From: an uncultured Thermoleophilia bacterium
Lineage (GTDB): Bacteria > Actinomycetota > Thermoleophilia > Gaiellales > Gaiellaceae
Direction: 5' to 3'
Assembly (NCBI GenBank): GCA_963819335.1
Contig: CAWFVQ010000005.1
Location: 234,178 to 298,177 of the forward strand
DNA length: 64,000 nt
Below are positions 26,254 to 37,274 of this stretch, piece after piece. Made by a program: the position numbers and the translations under genes. Within the stretch, counting starts at the first letter, position 1, and every line of letters begins with the position of its first letter. The notes under the pieces are model-generated. The model saw nothing but the letters and a program-made list of their open reading frames with translations. It was not told the origin of the DNA and made no database searches.

Positions 26254-27207
26254 CTAGGCCTCGACGGGCTCGAGCTCGGTGAGCTCGACGCCGGCCTGCA
26301 GGCGACCGGCCTGGCGCGGGTCGAAGCGGCCCGCACCGACCTCGAGCGTCGACGCAGCGCCGGCGGCGACCGCGGCGCGGAGCGCCTCCTCGTTCGGGCG
26401 GCCCGCGTGGCGGGCGGCGAGGTACGCGGCGAGCAGGACGTCGCCCGAGCCGACGACCGAGACGGGATCGACGCGCGGCGCCCCCGCGCGGTAGCGCCGC
26501 GCGTCGCGGTCCTCGCGCAGCAGCGCGACCGCGCCGTCTTCCGTCGTGATCAGCACGTTGCGCGCGCCCAGGTCGGCGATCCCGTCGAGCGCCAAGAGGA
26601 AGTCCTCGTCGTCGTGGAACTCCTGCCCGACGAGGCTCTCGGCCTCCGCCTGGTTCGGCGAGACGAGGAACGGCTCCGCCTCGACGCCGAGCCGCAGCGG
26701 CTCGCCTTCTGTGTCGAGCACGGCCGAGACGTGCCGCCGCGCCAGCTCGCGGGTCGCCTCGGCGTAGAAGTCGTCGGCGACGTCGCGCGGCAGCGAGCCG
26801 GCGAAGACGACGAGCTCGGCGTCCTGCGTCAGGTAGCGCAGCTTCTCGAGCAGCGTGTCGAGCTCCTCCGGGCGCACCGCCGGCCCCCACTCGTTGATCT
26901 CGGTGTAGGTGCCGCCGGTCGGGTCGACGACGGCGGTCGACGTGCGCGACTCGCCCTCGATGTGGACGAAGTCGTTGAGGATCGCCTCGGCCGTGAGCTC
27001 CTCGACGATCCGCGAGCCGGTCGTGCCGCCGACGAGCCCGGTCGCGACGACCGGCACGCCGAGCGTCTTGAGCGCACGCGCGACGTTGATGCCCTTGCCG
27101 CCGGCGAGCGTGACGCTCGCGCTCGCGCGATGGCGCTGCCCGCGCTGGAAGTTGGGAACGGTCAGCGTCCGGTCGATCGCCGCATTGAGAGTGACGGTGA
27201 CGATCAT
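26254..27207 (-). CDS. pfkB: PfkB-family sugar kinase, 1-phosphofructokinase/tagatose-6-P kinase type
   Basis: Intact 317 aa: MIVTVTLNAAIDRT, LAGGKGINVARAL, VVFAGSLP, SVVGSGDVLLAAYLA. Confidence 0.8.
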   Translation of the reverse strand: MIVTVTLNAAIDRTLTVPNFQRGQRHRASASVTLAGGKGINVARALKTLGVPVVATGLVGGTTGSRIVEELTAEAILNDFVHIEGESRTSTAVVDPTGGTYTEINEWGPAVRPEELDTLLEKLRYLTQDAELVVFAGSLPRDVADDFYAEATRELARRHVSAVLDTEGEPLRLGVEAEPFLVSPNQAEAESLVGQEFHDDEDFLLALDGIADLGARNVLITTEDGAVALLREDRDARRYRAGAPRVDPVSVVGSGDVLLAAYLAARHAGRPNEEALRAAVAAGAASTLEVGAGRFDPRQAGRLQAGVELTELEPVEA

Positions 27208-27253
27208 CAGATCAGGTGGGCAAGGTGGTGGAGCGTCCTGCCGGCGTACCACC

Positions 27254-28341
27254 CTAGACGCCGAACGACCCCCGGTTTGTTAATCGTGCTGGCTGCCACG
27301 AGGTCGCGCCTCCCGACGAGACGATTCCCGTCGCGAATCTCCACGGAGCCGAGCACGCGCCCGCCGCGACGGGCAGCGAGACGGACGCCGGCGCGACGAC
27401 CGTCTCCGTCAGCGGATGCCCGAGCCGCGCCACGGCGGTGAGCGGCCTGGCCGCGACGAGCCCGAGCGGCGCCAGGCCGTAGGGCACGGCGGCCGTGGCG
27501 TACGTCCGCGACTGCTGCACGATCGGCACGACGCGGAACTGCGCGAGTCCCCAGATGAGGAGCGAGCGCAGGTCGTCGTTGCGCTGCGCGCGCGAGGGCG
27601 AGCCGAGCAGCGTCGCGTAGACCGTCACGCCGGGCGCCGCAGCCGCCGCGACCTGGCACCAGCCCGCCTCGTCGGTATGGCCCGTCTTGACGCCGATCGT
27701 CCCCGGGAACTCGCCGAGCAGGTCGTCCCACGTGTGAAGCGTCTCGCCGTCGGCGATCGTCGCCGACTGCATGCGCACCGTCTGGCGCACGAACGGGTTG
27801 TGCATGACGATGCGTGCGAGCTTCGTGACGTCGGCGGCGCTCGAGTACTCGCCCGGCGCGTCGAGACCGTCGGGGCGCACGAAGTGCGTGTCGTGCAGCC
27901 CGAGCTCGGCCGCCTTCGCGTTCATCAGCTCCGCGAAGGCCGGGATAGCTCGGCGCCATCGACAAGCGCGAGCGCAGTCGGCGGCGTCGTTCGCCGACTG
28001 GATCAGCGCGCCGTAGAGCAGGTCGTGGACGGTGATCTGCTGCCCCGGCTCGAGCTCGATCGCCTCCTCGCCGACGCGGCGGCGCGCGGGTCGACGGTGA
28101 CGACGTCGGTGAGCTTGTGGTGCTCGAGCGTGAGCAGCACGGTCATCAGCTTCGTGATCGACGCGATCGCAACGCGCTCGTGTGCGTTCGACGACGCGAG
28201 CACCTCGCCCGTGCGCGCGTCGACGACGTGTACGCGTGCGCGTCGACCGGCGGGACGGGCTCGTCGCCGTCCGCCGCGCGTGCCGGAGCCCGTGCCGGCC
28301 GCCGCGAGGACGAGCAGGCAGAGGACGAGTATGCGCTTCAT
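27254..28341 (-). CDS. D-alanyl-D-alanine carboxypeptidase (S11 penicillin-binding protein)
   Basis: Signal MKRILVLCLLVLAAAG; SxxK AIASITKLMT; SxN LIQSANDAA; KTG GVKTGHTDEAG. 2 frame switches. Confidence 0.85.
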
Positions 28342-28679
28342 TTGATGCGGATCTTCTCGCCGATGAAGAGCGACGTCGACTTCACGGTCGGGTTGAGCTG
28401 CTCGATCGTCGCGACCGAGACTCCGGTCTTGGTGGCGATCACGGCAAAGGTATCGCCCGCCTTGACCGTCCAGTACGCCTTGGCCTGAGCGGTGGTCGTC
28501 GTCGCCGCGACCGTGGTGGTGGTCGTCTTCGGCGGCGGGGCCACCGTCGTCGTGATGCCCGGCGACGTGTCGGGCGAGGAATGGCCCGACTCGAGGCCGG
28601 AGCGCACGAGCACGACGGCGACGGTGACCGCGAGCAGGAACGCCGCCGGCGCGACATAGCGGCGCCAGTCGCTCGGCAT
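28338..28679 (-). CDS. membrane-anchored LysM domain protein
   Basis: MPSDWRRYVAPAAFLLAVTVAVVLV, Thr/Pro linker, LysM AYWTVKAGDTFAVIATKTGVSVATIEQLNPTVKSTSLFIGEKIRI. Confidence 0.8.
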   Translation of the reverse strand: MPSDWRRYVAPAAFLLAVTVAVVLVRSGLESGHSSPDTSPGITTTVAPPPKTTTTTVAATTTTAQAKAYWTVKAGDTFAVIATKTGVSVATIEQLNPTVKSTSLFIGEKIRIK

Positions 28680-28683
28680 CCGG

Positions 28684-29545
28684 CTACCAGCCCGAGGCGA
28701 GCCAGATCTGCTGCTTGAGCCGAGCCGCCTCGGCGCCTGCGGCCTCCCGGTAGTCGCCGCCCGTCTCGCGGTAGGCGTAGTCGACCGACCGCGACGCGTT
28801 GACGAGCGCGCTCGCCGGGCCGCTCTGGAACGCGCGGACGAGATCGTCGACCGCACCGCCCTGCGCGCCGATACCCGGGAGCAGCAGGACCGCCTGCGGC
28901 ATCAGCCGCCGCGCCTCGGCGACTGCCCGCGGATGGGTCGCGCCGACGACCGCGCCGACCGACGAGAGGCCGACCTCGCCGACGAGCTCCTCGCCCCACT
29001 CGGCGACGAGCGCCGCGACGTGGTGCCACATCGGGCGGCCGTCGTTGAGGACGACGTCCTGCACGTCGGCGCCGGCGTTCGACGTCTTGACGATCACGAA
29101 GATCCCCGCGCCGTTGCGGCGCGCGGCGGCGAGGTACGGCTCGACCGACTCGCGGCCGAGGTACGGGTTGACGGTGAGCGCGTCGGCGCGCGGCGGCTCG
29201 CCCTCGAGATACGCCTCGGCGTACGCGCGCGCCGTCGAGCCGATGTCGCCGCGCTTGCCGTCGGCGATCACGAGCAGGCCGGCGCGCCGGGCGTAGCTGC
29301 AGACCTGGTCGAAGGCGGCGCATCCCGGCCGGGCCGAGCGCCTCGAAGAACGCGAGCTGCGGCTTGACGGCGACCGCGTGCGGCGCGACCGCGTCGACGA
29401 GGCCGCAGCAGAAGCGCGCGACGTCGCCGCGCAGCTCGACCGGCATCAGGTCGCGCTGCGGGTCGAGCCCGACCACGAGCTGCGACCGCTTGCGCTCGAC
29501 CTCGGCGGCGAGGCGGTCGGCGAAGGTCTGCGTGGCGACGGCCAT
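28684..29545 (-). CDS. pyrF: orotidine-5'-phosphate decarboxylase (type 2)
   Basis: QLVVGLDP, VKPQLAFFEA, IADGKRGDIGSTA, LLLPGIGAQGG. 1-2 frame switches. Confidence 0.9.
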
Positions 29546-29568
29546 CGGGGAGAAAGGTAACCGGAGAC

Positions 29569-29598
29569 GCGGAAGGCGGCCCGAGAGCCGCCTTCCGC
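29569..29598 (-). terminator. hairpin terminator downstream of the HU gene
   Basis: gcggaaggcggc-ccgaga-gccgccttccgc: perfect 12-bp stem starting 25 nt after the HU stop. No U-tract. Confidence 0.6.
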
Positions 29599-29622
29599 CG
29601 AACGATCGTTCGCGTCGGGTGC

Positions 29623-29898
29623 TCAGCTCTTGAGTGCGGCCTTCAGCTGGCTGCCGGCCGAGAACTTCGGCACGGTCGTCGCCGCGATCTGGACGCGCTC
29701 GCCGGTGCGCGGGTTCACGCCCTGGCGCGCCGCGCGCGCGGACGCGGAGAACTTCCCGAAGCCGGTGAAGTTGACGGTGTCGCCGCCCTTCAGCGTCTCG
29801 GTGACGGTCTCCATGAAGGCATCCACGGCCTTGCCTGCATCACGAGCCGAGAGCCCGCTCTTCGTGGCGACCTTCTGGATGAAGTCCTGCTTGGTCAA
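29623..29898 (-). CDS. hup: DNA-binding protein HU
   Basis: Intact 91 aa: MTKQDFIQKVATKSGLSARDAGKAVDAFMETVTETLKGGDTVNFTGFGKFSASARAARQGVNPRTGERVQIAATTVPKFSAGSQLK. TTG start with GGAGGA Shine-Dalgarno. Confidence 0.95.
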   Translation of the reverse strand: MTKQDFIQKVATKSGLSARDAGKAVDAFMETVTETLKGGDTVNFTGFGKFSASARAARQGVNPRTGERVQIAATTVPKFSAGSQLKAALKS

Positions 29899-30002
29899 CG
29901 AACATCCTCCTGCGTCGGGGACTTGTAATCAGACCTTGGCCCGACAGGCTAACAACGTGGTCGGAATATCGCTCAACCAAGCGGATTTGCGGGGATTTCG
30001 AG

Positions 30003-30540
30003 CTAGCGGAGATGAGCTCGGAGGCCGTGATAGAGCGGCCGCAGGCGCACCGCATGGCGCGCGAACTCGTCGACACCCGCCCTCCTCGCGGTCGACCACG
30101 CAAATCGCGTTGGACACACGCAATCCGGCGTCACGGAGCACCTGAACGGCCTCGAGCGCGGCTCCGCCGGATCGTGACGACGTCCTCGACGAGGCAGACG
30201 CACTCGCCCTCGGTCGAACACGCCTTCGAGCTGGTTGGCGGTGCCGTAGTCCTTCGCCTCCTTGCGCACGATCAGGAACGGCAGCCCGCTCTCGAGCGAC
30301 GCGGCGGTCGCGAGCGCGACCGCGCCGAGCTCCGGGCCGGCGAGGCGCACCGCCTCGGGCTCGTGCTCGCGCACCGCCTCGGCGATCGCCTGGCCGAGCG
30401 GGCGCGAGCAGGTCCGGGCAGCGTCTCGAAGCGGTACTTGTCGAGGTAGTACTTGCGAGCGGCGTCCCGAGCGCAGGACGAAGTCGCCCTCGAGGTAGGC
30501 GGCCTCGCGAAGCTTGCCGGGCGAGCTCGTCGCGCGTCAC
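30003..30540 (-). CDS. pyrE: orotate phosphoribosyltransferase
   Basis: [74 protein letters not shown]. About 3 frame switches. Confidence 0.85.
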
Positions 30541-30741
30541 AGGCTGGCGAGCAGCTCGTGCGCGATCGGCAGGAGGCGCTCAGCCTCCGGCGTGCCCTCG
30601 GTGAACGAGTGCATCGAGCCGTCGGCCGCGTAGAGGTCGATCCGCGCCTGTTTGCGCGCGGCGCGCCGGCGGACCAGCACCGAGCCGGCGAGCGAGCCCG
30701 CGGCGAGCAGCACACCCGGTGACGACCTTACGCCGCGGCAT
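30537..30741 (-). CDS. small membrane-anchored hypothetical protein
   Basis: [58 protein letters not shown]. Its TGA overlaps the pyrE GTG. Start (ATG 30741) needs one frame switch. Confidence 0.35.
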
Positions 30742-31122
30742 CGTCGGTCTCCTTCTTGGTCGTCCGGCCGCACGTGGCCTTCGGCTTCGGCTCGTCGATC
30801 GAGCGCAGGCAGGTCTTCAGGTCGTAGAAGACGAGCCCGACGGTCGGCTCCGGCGTGGTCGTCGCGGCGATCAGCCGGTCGCCGTCGCGGACGACGAAGA
30901 CGCTGCCGGCGACGGTCGCCGCCTCGAGCTGCGCGAGACCGGGCGGATCGGCTCGGCGGCGTCGAGCAGCTGCCGCGCGCCGTCGAGCGAGCCGCGTCGC
31001 AGAGCGCGCTCGTCGCCGAGCGTTCGAGCCGCCACGAGCGACCCGTCCGCCGCGGTCACCGCGACGCGCCGCACCTGCGGCGAGATCTCGGTCAGATCGG
31101 CGATTGCCTGGGCCGCGTCCAT
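30728..31122 (-). CDS. Roadblock/LC7 (MglB-like) domain protein candidate
   Basis: MDAAQAIADLTEISPQVRRVAVTAADGSLVAARTLGDERA...LAQLEAATVAGSVFVVRDGDRLIAATTTPEPTVGLVFYDLKTCL. One frame switch. The family call is by pattern only. Confidence 0.45.
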
Positions 31123-31146
31123 GAAGCCGAGCATACTTGGCGCGCC

Positions 31147-31949
31147 ATGCGGGCAGTCATCGACAAGTTCTTCGCCGACCGCGGAACCCACCTCGCCGCG
31201 ATGATCGCGTACTTCGCGCTGCTCTCGTTCGTGCCGCTGCTCTTCCTCTCGCTCGCGCTGCTCGGCATCGTCCACCAGGCGAGCCAGGGCTCGTTCTTCG
31301 TCCGCGAGCTGTCGAGCACGTTCCCGAGCACGTCCGTTGAACTCGATCCTGCGCGCGGTGCGCGCGATCCAGGCGAACGCCGCCGCGCTCGGGCTCGTCG
31401 GCGCTGCGTTCCTGCTCTGGTCGTCGCTCTCGTTCTTCAGCGTGCTCGAGAGCGCGTTCAACATCGTCTACGGCCGGCCGAACCGCGGCTTCCTGCACGG
31501 GAAGGCGCTCGCGACGCTGATGATGGTCGGCTCGCTCGTCGCGCTGTTCTTCTCGCTCGTGGTCGGCTCGGTCGGGCAGGAGATCCTCAAGCGCTACGCC
31601 GGCTTCGAGGGCAACGCGGCCTCGGCGCGCGTCGTCGCGATCGCGATGTCGATGGTCGGGGTGTTCGTGTTCCTCGCCTCGGCCTACTACGTGCTGACGA
31701 ACGCCGACGTGACGCCTCCGCGAGGTGCTGCCCGGCGCTGCGGTCGCGGCGGTGATCTCTCGAGGCGACGTTCCAGGCGCTCCCGGTGTACGTCGACGTC
31801 CTCGAAGCACAACCCGGTGCTGCAGACGCTCTCGGGGCCGGCGATCCTGCTCGTCTGGCTCTACGTGATGGCGAACGTGATCGTGTTCGGCGCCGAGGTC
31901 AACTGGTGGCGCTCGGGCCGGGCGAACGCGTCAGACCGCATCCGCGTAG
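31147..31949 (+). CDS. YihY/BrkB-family membrane protein
   Basis: [68 protein letters not shown]. 2-3 frame switches; 3' end uncertain. Confidence 0.75.
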
Positions 31950-32496
31950 CGCCCGCGCGGCAAGGGCGCGGTGCGAATGCAGCGCCTTCCAGGCGTCGCC
32001 GAGCTCGGCGACCGTGCGCGCCTCGCCGTCCGGAACGAACACCGGGTCGAACCCGAAGCCCTCCGCTCCTGCGGGTGCGAGCGCGACCGTTCCCGGGAGC
32101 ACAGCAGTGCCGCGGAAGACGTCGCTGCGTCCGGCGAGACAGGACGAGCTCGCAGACGTATTGCGCGCGCCGGTCGTCTCACCGTCGAGCGCCATGAAGC
32201 AGCTTCTCGACGTGCCGGTCCTCCGCCCACCGCGGCTGACAGAACCCCGGCGCCGCCGCCGAGCGCAGCCACCTCGATGCCGGAGTCGTCGGCGAGCATC
32301 GACCGGTCGGCCGGCCCGACCATGCGCCCGTAGCGCGCCTTGATCAGCGCGTTGTCGTAGTACGTCTCGCCGTCCTCCGGCGGGAAGTCGGCGTCGGCCG
32401 AGCAGCTCGAGCGTCCCAGTCGCGGGAAGAGCTCGCGGAACTCGTCGAGCTTGTGCGCGTTCCCCGTGCAGACGTCGCCCGGATCAGCGCCGCCAC
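31899..32496 (-). CDS. rdgB: non-canonical purine NTP pyrophosphatase (RdgB/HAM1)
   Basis: [69 protein letters not shown]. About 3 frame switches. Confidence 0.85.
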
Positions 32497-33141
32497 TCGA
32501 CCCCGATGACGTCGTCGAGGTCGCTGATCCGCGCGACCAGCTCGTCGCCGACGTCCGGCGACTCGAGCTGCACGATTCGATGCTTGGCCGTATCGCATCA
32601 CCTCGAACCGACTGCACATGCGGCGAGCTGCGCGAGCAGCGGCCCGACCGGTGCGCCGGTCTGCAGCTCGACCGTCGAGGCGCAGGCTCTCCGGGCGCGA
32701 CGCGGTCCATCGCCTCAGCGCGGTCGAGGAACCGCAGCGGCCAGAGCGCGAGGAGCACGAGCGGCCGTCCCGATGAGCGGCGGCGCTGTAGAAGCCCGCG
32801 CCGGAGGCCATGCCGATCGCCGCGACCACCCAGAGCGTCGCGGCCGTCGTGAGCCCGCGGATCGAGCCGCCCTGGCGGATGATCGCGCCGGCGCCGAGGA
32901 AGCCGATGCCGGTGACGATCTGCGCGGCGATGCGCGACGGGTCGAGCCGGACGTAGGCCGCGAGTTGTCGCGAAGGACGTCGTGGAATCCGTAGGCCGAG
33001 ATGATCGTGAAGAGCGCCGCGCCGACGCGAGACGAGCAGGTGCGTGCGGAGCCCGGCCTCGCGTTCATGCACTGACGCTCGAAGCCGACGGCCGCGCCGA
33101 GCGCCGCTGCGAGGCGCAGGCGCCCAAGCGTGTCGTACCAC
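32484..33141 (-). CDS. MgtC/SapB-family membrane protein
   Basis: [69 protein letters not shown]-terminal ...[14 protein letters not shown]. About 3 frame switches; start approximate. Confidence 0.8.
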
Positions 33142-33157
33142 CGGGAGGTCGGCGAGC

Positions 33158-33873
33158 CTAGCCGCGAGGAGCTCGATTGCCTCCTGCTGGAACCGCTGAA
33201 GCTCCTCGATTCCTGCGGCGGCGAGGTCGAGCAGCTCGTCGAGCCGCGCGCGATCGAACGGGACGCGCTCGGCGGTCGACTGCACCTCGACGAAGCGGCC
33301 GTCGCCCGGTCATGACGACGTTCACGTCGACGTCCGCGTTCGAGTCCTCCGAGTAGTCGAGGTCGAGCAGCGAGACGCCGTCGACGACGCCGACCGAGAC
33401 CGCGGCGACGGAGCCGGTCAGCGCCTTCGAGAGGCCGAAGCGGTCGAGCGCGCGCTGGGCAGCGACGAACGCTCCGGTGATCGCAGCGCACCGGGTGCCG
33501 CCGTCCGCCTGCAGCACGTCGCAGTCGAGATAGACGGTGCGCTCGCCGAGCGCCTCGAAGTCGACGACGCCGCGGAGCGCGCGGCCGATCAGGCGCTGGA
33601 TCTCGACCGTGCGGCCACCCTGCTTGCCGCGCGCCGCCTCGCGGTCGGTGCGCTCGCCCGTCGAGGCGGGCAGCAGCGAGTACTCGGCGGTCATCCAGCC
33701 GCGGCCCGAGCGGTGCAGCCAGCGCGGGACGCCTTCCTGCACCGACGCGGTGCAGAGGACACGCGTCTTTCCCTGCGACCAGAGCACGACGCCGTGCGGC
33801 TGCTCGAGGAACGCCGGGTCGGCGACCACCGGGCGCAGCTGGTCCGGGCCGGCGTACCGTCGTTTCTGCTCAC
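33158..33873 (-). CDS. rph: ribonuclease PH
   Basis: [118 protein letters not shown]. 2-3 frame switches; 3' end uncertain. Confidence 0.9.
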
Positions 33874-34700
33874 GCAGCCGCCTCCAGCTCGGCAACCGAG
33901 ACGCGCTCGACGTTCGCCGAGCGGCAGTTGCAGGAAGCGCTCGCCGAGCGTCGCGGAACTGCGCCGGGTCGCCGGTCGTCAGGAAGCGGTAGGTGCCCTC
34001 GCGGCCCGAGGCGTTCTCGAAGCCCTTGCGCGCGAGCGTCTCGGCGACCTCGCGCGCGGTCTCGTCGGCGGAGAAGACGAGCGTCACGTCGCGTCCGAAC
34101 GCGCGCTGGAAGACCGGCCGAAGAAGCGGGTAGTGGGTGCAGCCGAGGATCACTGTGTCGCAGCCTGCCGATTTCAGCGGCGCCGCGTACTCGCGAACCG
34201 CCTCGACGACCTCTTCGCTGTGGCGTGTCGCCCGACTCGACCAGCGGCACGAGCTTCGGGCAGGCGAACGGCGGTGAAGCGCACGCCGGCGTCGAGCGCA
34301 CCGCACGAGCGACTCGTAGCGGCCGCTCGCAACGGTCAGCTCGGTCGCGAGCAGGCCGATGCGCCGGTTGCGCGTCGCCTGCACCGCAGCGTGCGCCTCG
34401 GGGACGATCACGCGACACGACCGGCACCGCGAGCTGCTACTGGAGATCGGGCAGCGCGGCCGACGTCGCGGTGTTGCATGCGACGACGACCATCTTCACG
34501 CCGCTGCCGCTCGAGGTAGACGCCGATCTCCTGCGCGAAGCGGCGCACCTCGTCGCGCGGTCCGCGGCCCCTACGGGCAGCCGCGCGTGGTCGCCGAGAT
34601 AGACGAAATCCTCGTTCGGCATCGTCACGAGGCACTCGTGGAGGACGGTCAGTCCGCCGACTCCCGAGTCGAAGACACCGATAGGCCGCTGGTCGGGCAC
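33870..34700 (-). CDS. murI: glutamate racemase
   Basis: [34 protein letters not shown]. About 3 frame switches. Its TGA overlaps the rph GTG. Confidence 0.9.
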
Positions 34701-34732
34701 CGGGCGATTCTAGATCCAGCGAGCGGCTACCA

Positions 34733-36076
34733 TTGCCCGTCGTGAGGGGGGCCTTGCTCGTGTTCCTCGCGTTCTTCCTCTGGGCCGGGTCGGCACAGGC
34801 GTTTGCCAAGCAGACCGGGTTCCAGACGATGAGCGACGGGACACAGATTGCGTACGACCTCTACGAGCCGGATGGTGCGGCGCCTGCGGGCGGCTGGCCG
34901 GGGGTCGTGCTGATGCACGGGCTCGGCGGCTCGAAGGACGACATGGCGTCGTTCGCCGAGACGTTCGCCGCCCACGGATATGCCGCGCTCGCGTACACAG
35001 CGCGCGGCGAGGGGACGTCGACCGGCTACCTGACGCTCGCCGGCCCCGACGAGATCTCGGACGAGCGGGCGATGGAGAACTGGTTCTCCGGCCTGCCGGA
35101 GGTGAGCGACACGCAGATCGGCGCCTGGGGCATCTCGTACGGCGGCGGCCAGGTCTGGAACGGGCTCGCCGCCGGCATTCCGTACAAGGCTGCGTGCGTC
35201 GTCGCCACATGGACCGACCTCTATTCGGCGCTGTGGCCGCAGAACGTCGCGCGCTCCGGCATCGTCACCGGCTTCCTCGCGTCGGTGATCACGCGGTCGC
35301 CGCTGCTCCAGCAGTACGCCACCGACGCGGTCCAGTCGCTCAACCTGCCCGCGATCCAGGCGCTCGTCCAGGCGCGCTCGGCCTCCACGAAGCTGTCGTC
35401 GATCACCGCGCCGGTCTACATGTTCCAGGGGCGCGTCGACTACGCGTTCGACGTGACGCAGGCGGTCAACGGCTACCTCGGCGTGCGCGGCCCGAAGCAC
35501 CTCTACATCGGGCAATTCGGCCATCCGCCGTCGACGTTCACGACGCCCGACATGGCCTACATGCAGTCGCAGAGCGTCGCCTGGCTCGACCACTACCTGC
35601 GCGGCGTGCCGAACGGCATCGACAAGACGAAGCCCGTGACGATCGCCGCGGCGACCGGTTCGCGCAAGGTGTCGTACACCGGATTGCCGAAGACGAAGGT
35701 CGTGCCGGTCGGGTTCCGCGGCACGAGCCTCGTCCGCACCGGAGCGAGCTTCCTGCAGCCGGTCGAGACCTTCGGCGTCTCGCTGCTCAAGGTGCAGGTT
35801 CAGAAGGTGTCGAACTACCCGCGCCTGGTCGCAACGATCAAGGCAGGCGGCAAGGTGATCACCCACGGCGCGATCGTTCCCAAGGTCGGACTCCAGACGA
35901 TCCGGCTCGCGAACTACGTGCAGTACGTCCCGAAAGGCACGAAGTTCTCGGTCACGTTCGGTCCAGCGTCCGCGCGGGGAGACATTGCGTATCTCGGCTT
36001 CGGGGGCACGGGCTCGATCACGCTCGGCTCCGCGGACCTGCAACTGCAGGTCCTCACGAAGCCCGTGACTCAATAA
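34733..36076 (+). CDS. secreted alpha/beta hydrolase, CocE/NonD (S15 X-Pro dipeptidyl-peptidase-like) family
   Basis: Intact 447 aa. Signal LLVFLAFFLWAGSAQAFA, VVLMHGLGGSKDD, nucleophile elbow GAWGISYGGG, C-terminal beta-sandwich-like half. Confidence 0.7.
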   Translation: MPVVRGALLVFLAFFLWAGSAQAFAKQTGFQTMSDGTQIAYDLYEPDGAAPAGGWPGVVLMHGLGGSKDDMASFAETFAAHGYAALAYTARGEGTSTGYLTLAGPDEISDERAMENWFSGLPEVSDTQIGAWGISYGGGQVWNGLAAGIPYKAACVVATWTDLYSALWPQNVARSGIVTGFLASVITRSPLLQQYATDAVQSLNLPAIQALVQARSASTKLSSITAPVYMFQGRVDYAFDVTQAVNGYLGVRGPKHLYIGQFGHPPSTFTTPDMAYMQSQSVAWLDHYLRGVPNGIDKTKPVTIAAATGSRKVSYTGLPKTKVVPVGFRGTSLVRTGASFLQPVETFGVSLLKVQVQKVSNYPRLVATIKAGGKVITHGAIVPKVGLQTIRLANYVQYVPKGTKFSVTFGPASARGDIAYLGFGGTGSITLGSADLQLQVLTKPVTQ

Positions 36077-36091
36077 CAAGGGGGAAACCAT

Positions 36092-37221
36092 ATGAAGAAG
36101 ACCTTTAGGCTCGCGCTCTTCGGCTGCGCGGCAGTCGCGTCGCTGGCCTTCGCCGGCTCGGCGTTCGCGTCCTTTGCACCGAAGCTCGTCGTCTCCGCGG
36201 GGACGGCTGCCGTCGGCGGCCCGGCGCGCATCGGCGTCCAGGTCGGCGCTGCAGACAGCCCGACCGCCAAGACGACGATCTACGTGCCGACGGGGTACCA
36301 GGTCGGACGCCGGCAGCCGGCACGAAGCTCGGCACCGTCACGGCGACAGCCGCCGCGCTCGACCTCGGCGGCGTCGTCCTGCCGCTCACGGGCGAGCTCG
36401 ACGCGATCGCGCCGACGTCGACGACGGCCGCGCCAGCTCAGGCCTGCGGCGTCTCGCCGACCCAGACCTGGGATCTCCACCTCGACGCAGCGGGCACGCC
36501 GCTCGACATCCCGCTGTTCGTCGTCACGTCACCGGCCCCGGTGGTGAGCGCCGGCTATTCCACGGAGCTCGTCGTCTGCCTGCCGCCGCCCGACGTGCCC
36601 GTCGGGACGCCCGGCCGCTCGTTCGACGGGGCGAAGCTCCTCTCGACGACGTTCACCGCGTCGGCGATCACCGAGCCGTCCTCGGCCGGCGACTACCGCT
36701 GGACGTCGACGTTCACGCCGTATTCGCCGGGCACCGGCCAGCCGAACGCGGCCGGCACGGTCGAGACGCAGTCGCTCCGCCACATCCCGACAGCGCTCAA
36801 CCTGACGGTGACGAAGCGCCACGTCACGACGACGAAGGTCGTGAAGGTGAAGGGCAAGGCGAGGCGCGTGAAGGTCGTCACGACCAAGGTCGCGTTCTCG
36901 TCGAAGGTCACCGAGAACGGCAACGCCGCAGCGGCGGCCACGATCGTCACGACCGCGAACGGCAAGCGGGTCGGTGGCGCGTCGGGCTCGTTCACGCTCG
37001 TCGGCCGCTCGGCGACCGTCACGGCGACAGCCGTCGTGAACAGCAACAGCGGCTCGGTCCCCACCGGCGTCACTGCCGCGGCGACCGACCTCTTCTACCA
37101 CGACCTCGGTTCGACCGGCTGCACGGCGACGCCCATCTTCCAGGGGCTCCCGTGCAGCGACGCAACCGTCGGCGGCTCGACTGCTCGTCGCGAAGACGAC
37201 CGTCCGCAAGTAGGACGCTGA
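36092..37221 (+). CDS. secreted hypothetical protein (Thr/Val-rich, beta-strand rich)
   Basis: ATG with strong AAGGGGGA Shine-Dalgarno. Signal MKKTFRLALFGCAAVASLAFAGSAFA. One frame switch near 36300. No family recognised. Confidence 0.55.
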
Positions 37222-37227
37222 AGGCCG

Positions 37228-37262
37228 CGAAGCGGGGCCTGCGCCACGCAGGCCCCGCTTCG
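37228..37262 (+). terminator. strong hairpin terminator
   Basis: cgaagcggggcctgcg-cca-cgcaggccccgcttcg: 16-bp perfect stem immediately after the secreted-protein gene. Confidence 0.65.
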
Positions 37263-37274
37263 TATGCTCAGGGC

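Noticed and set aside
27208-27253. Small hairpin (GGTGG...CCACC) between the DD-carboxypeptidase and pfkB as an attenuator
   Set aside because: Only a 5-6 bp stem with a large loop; too weak to call.
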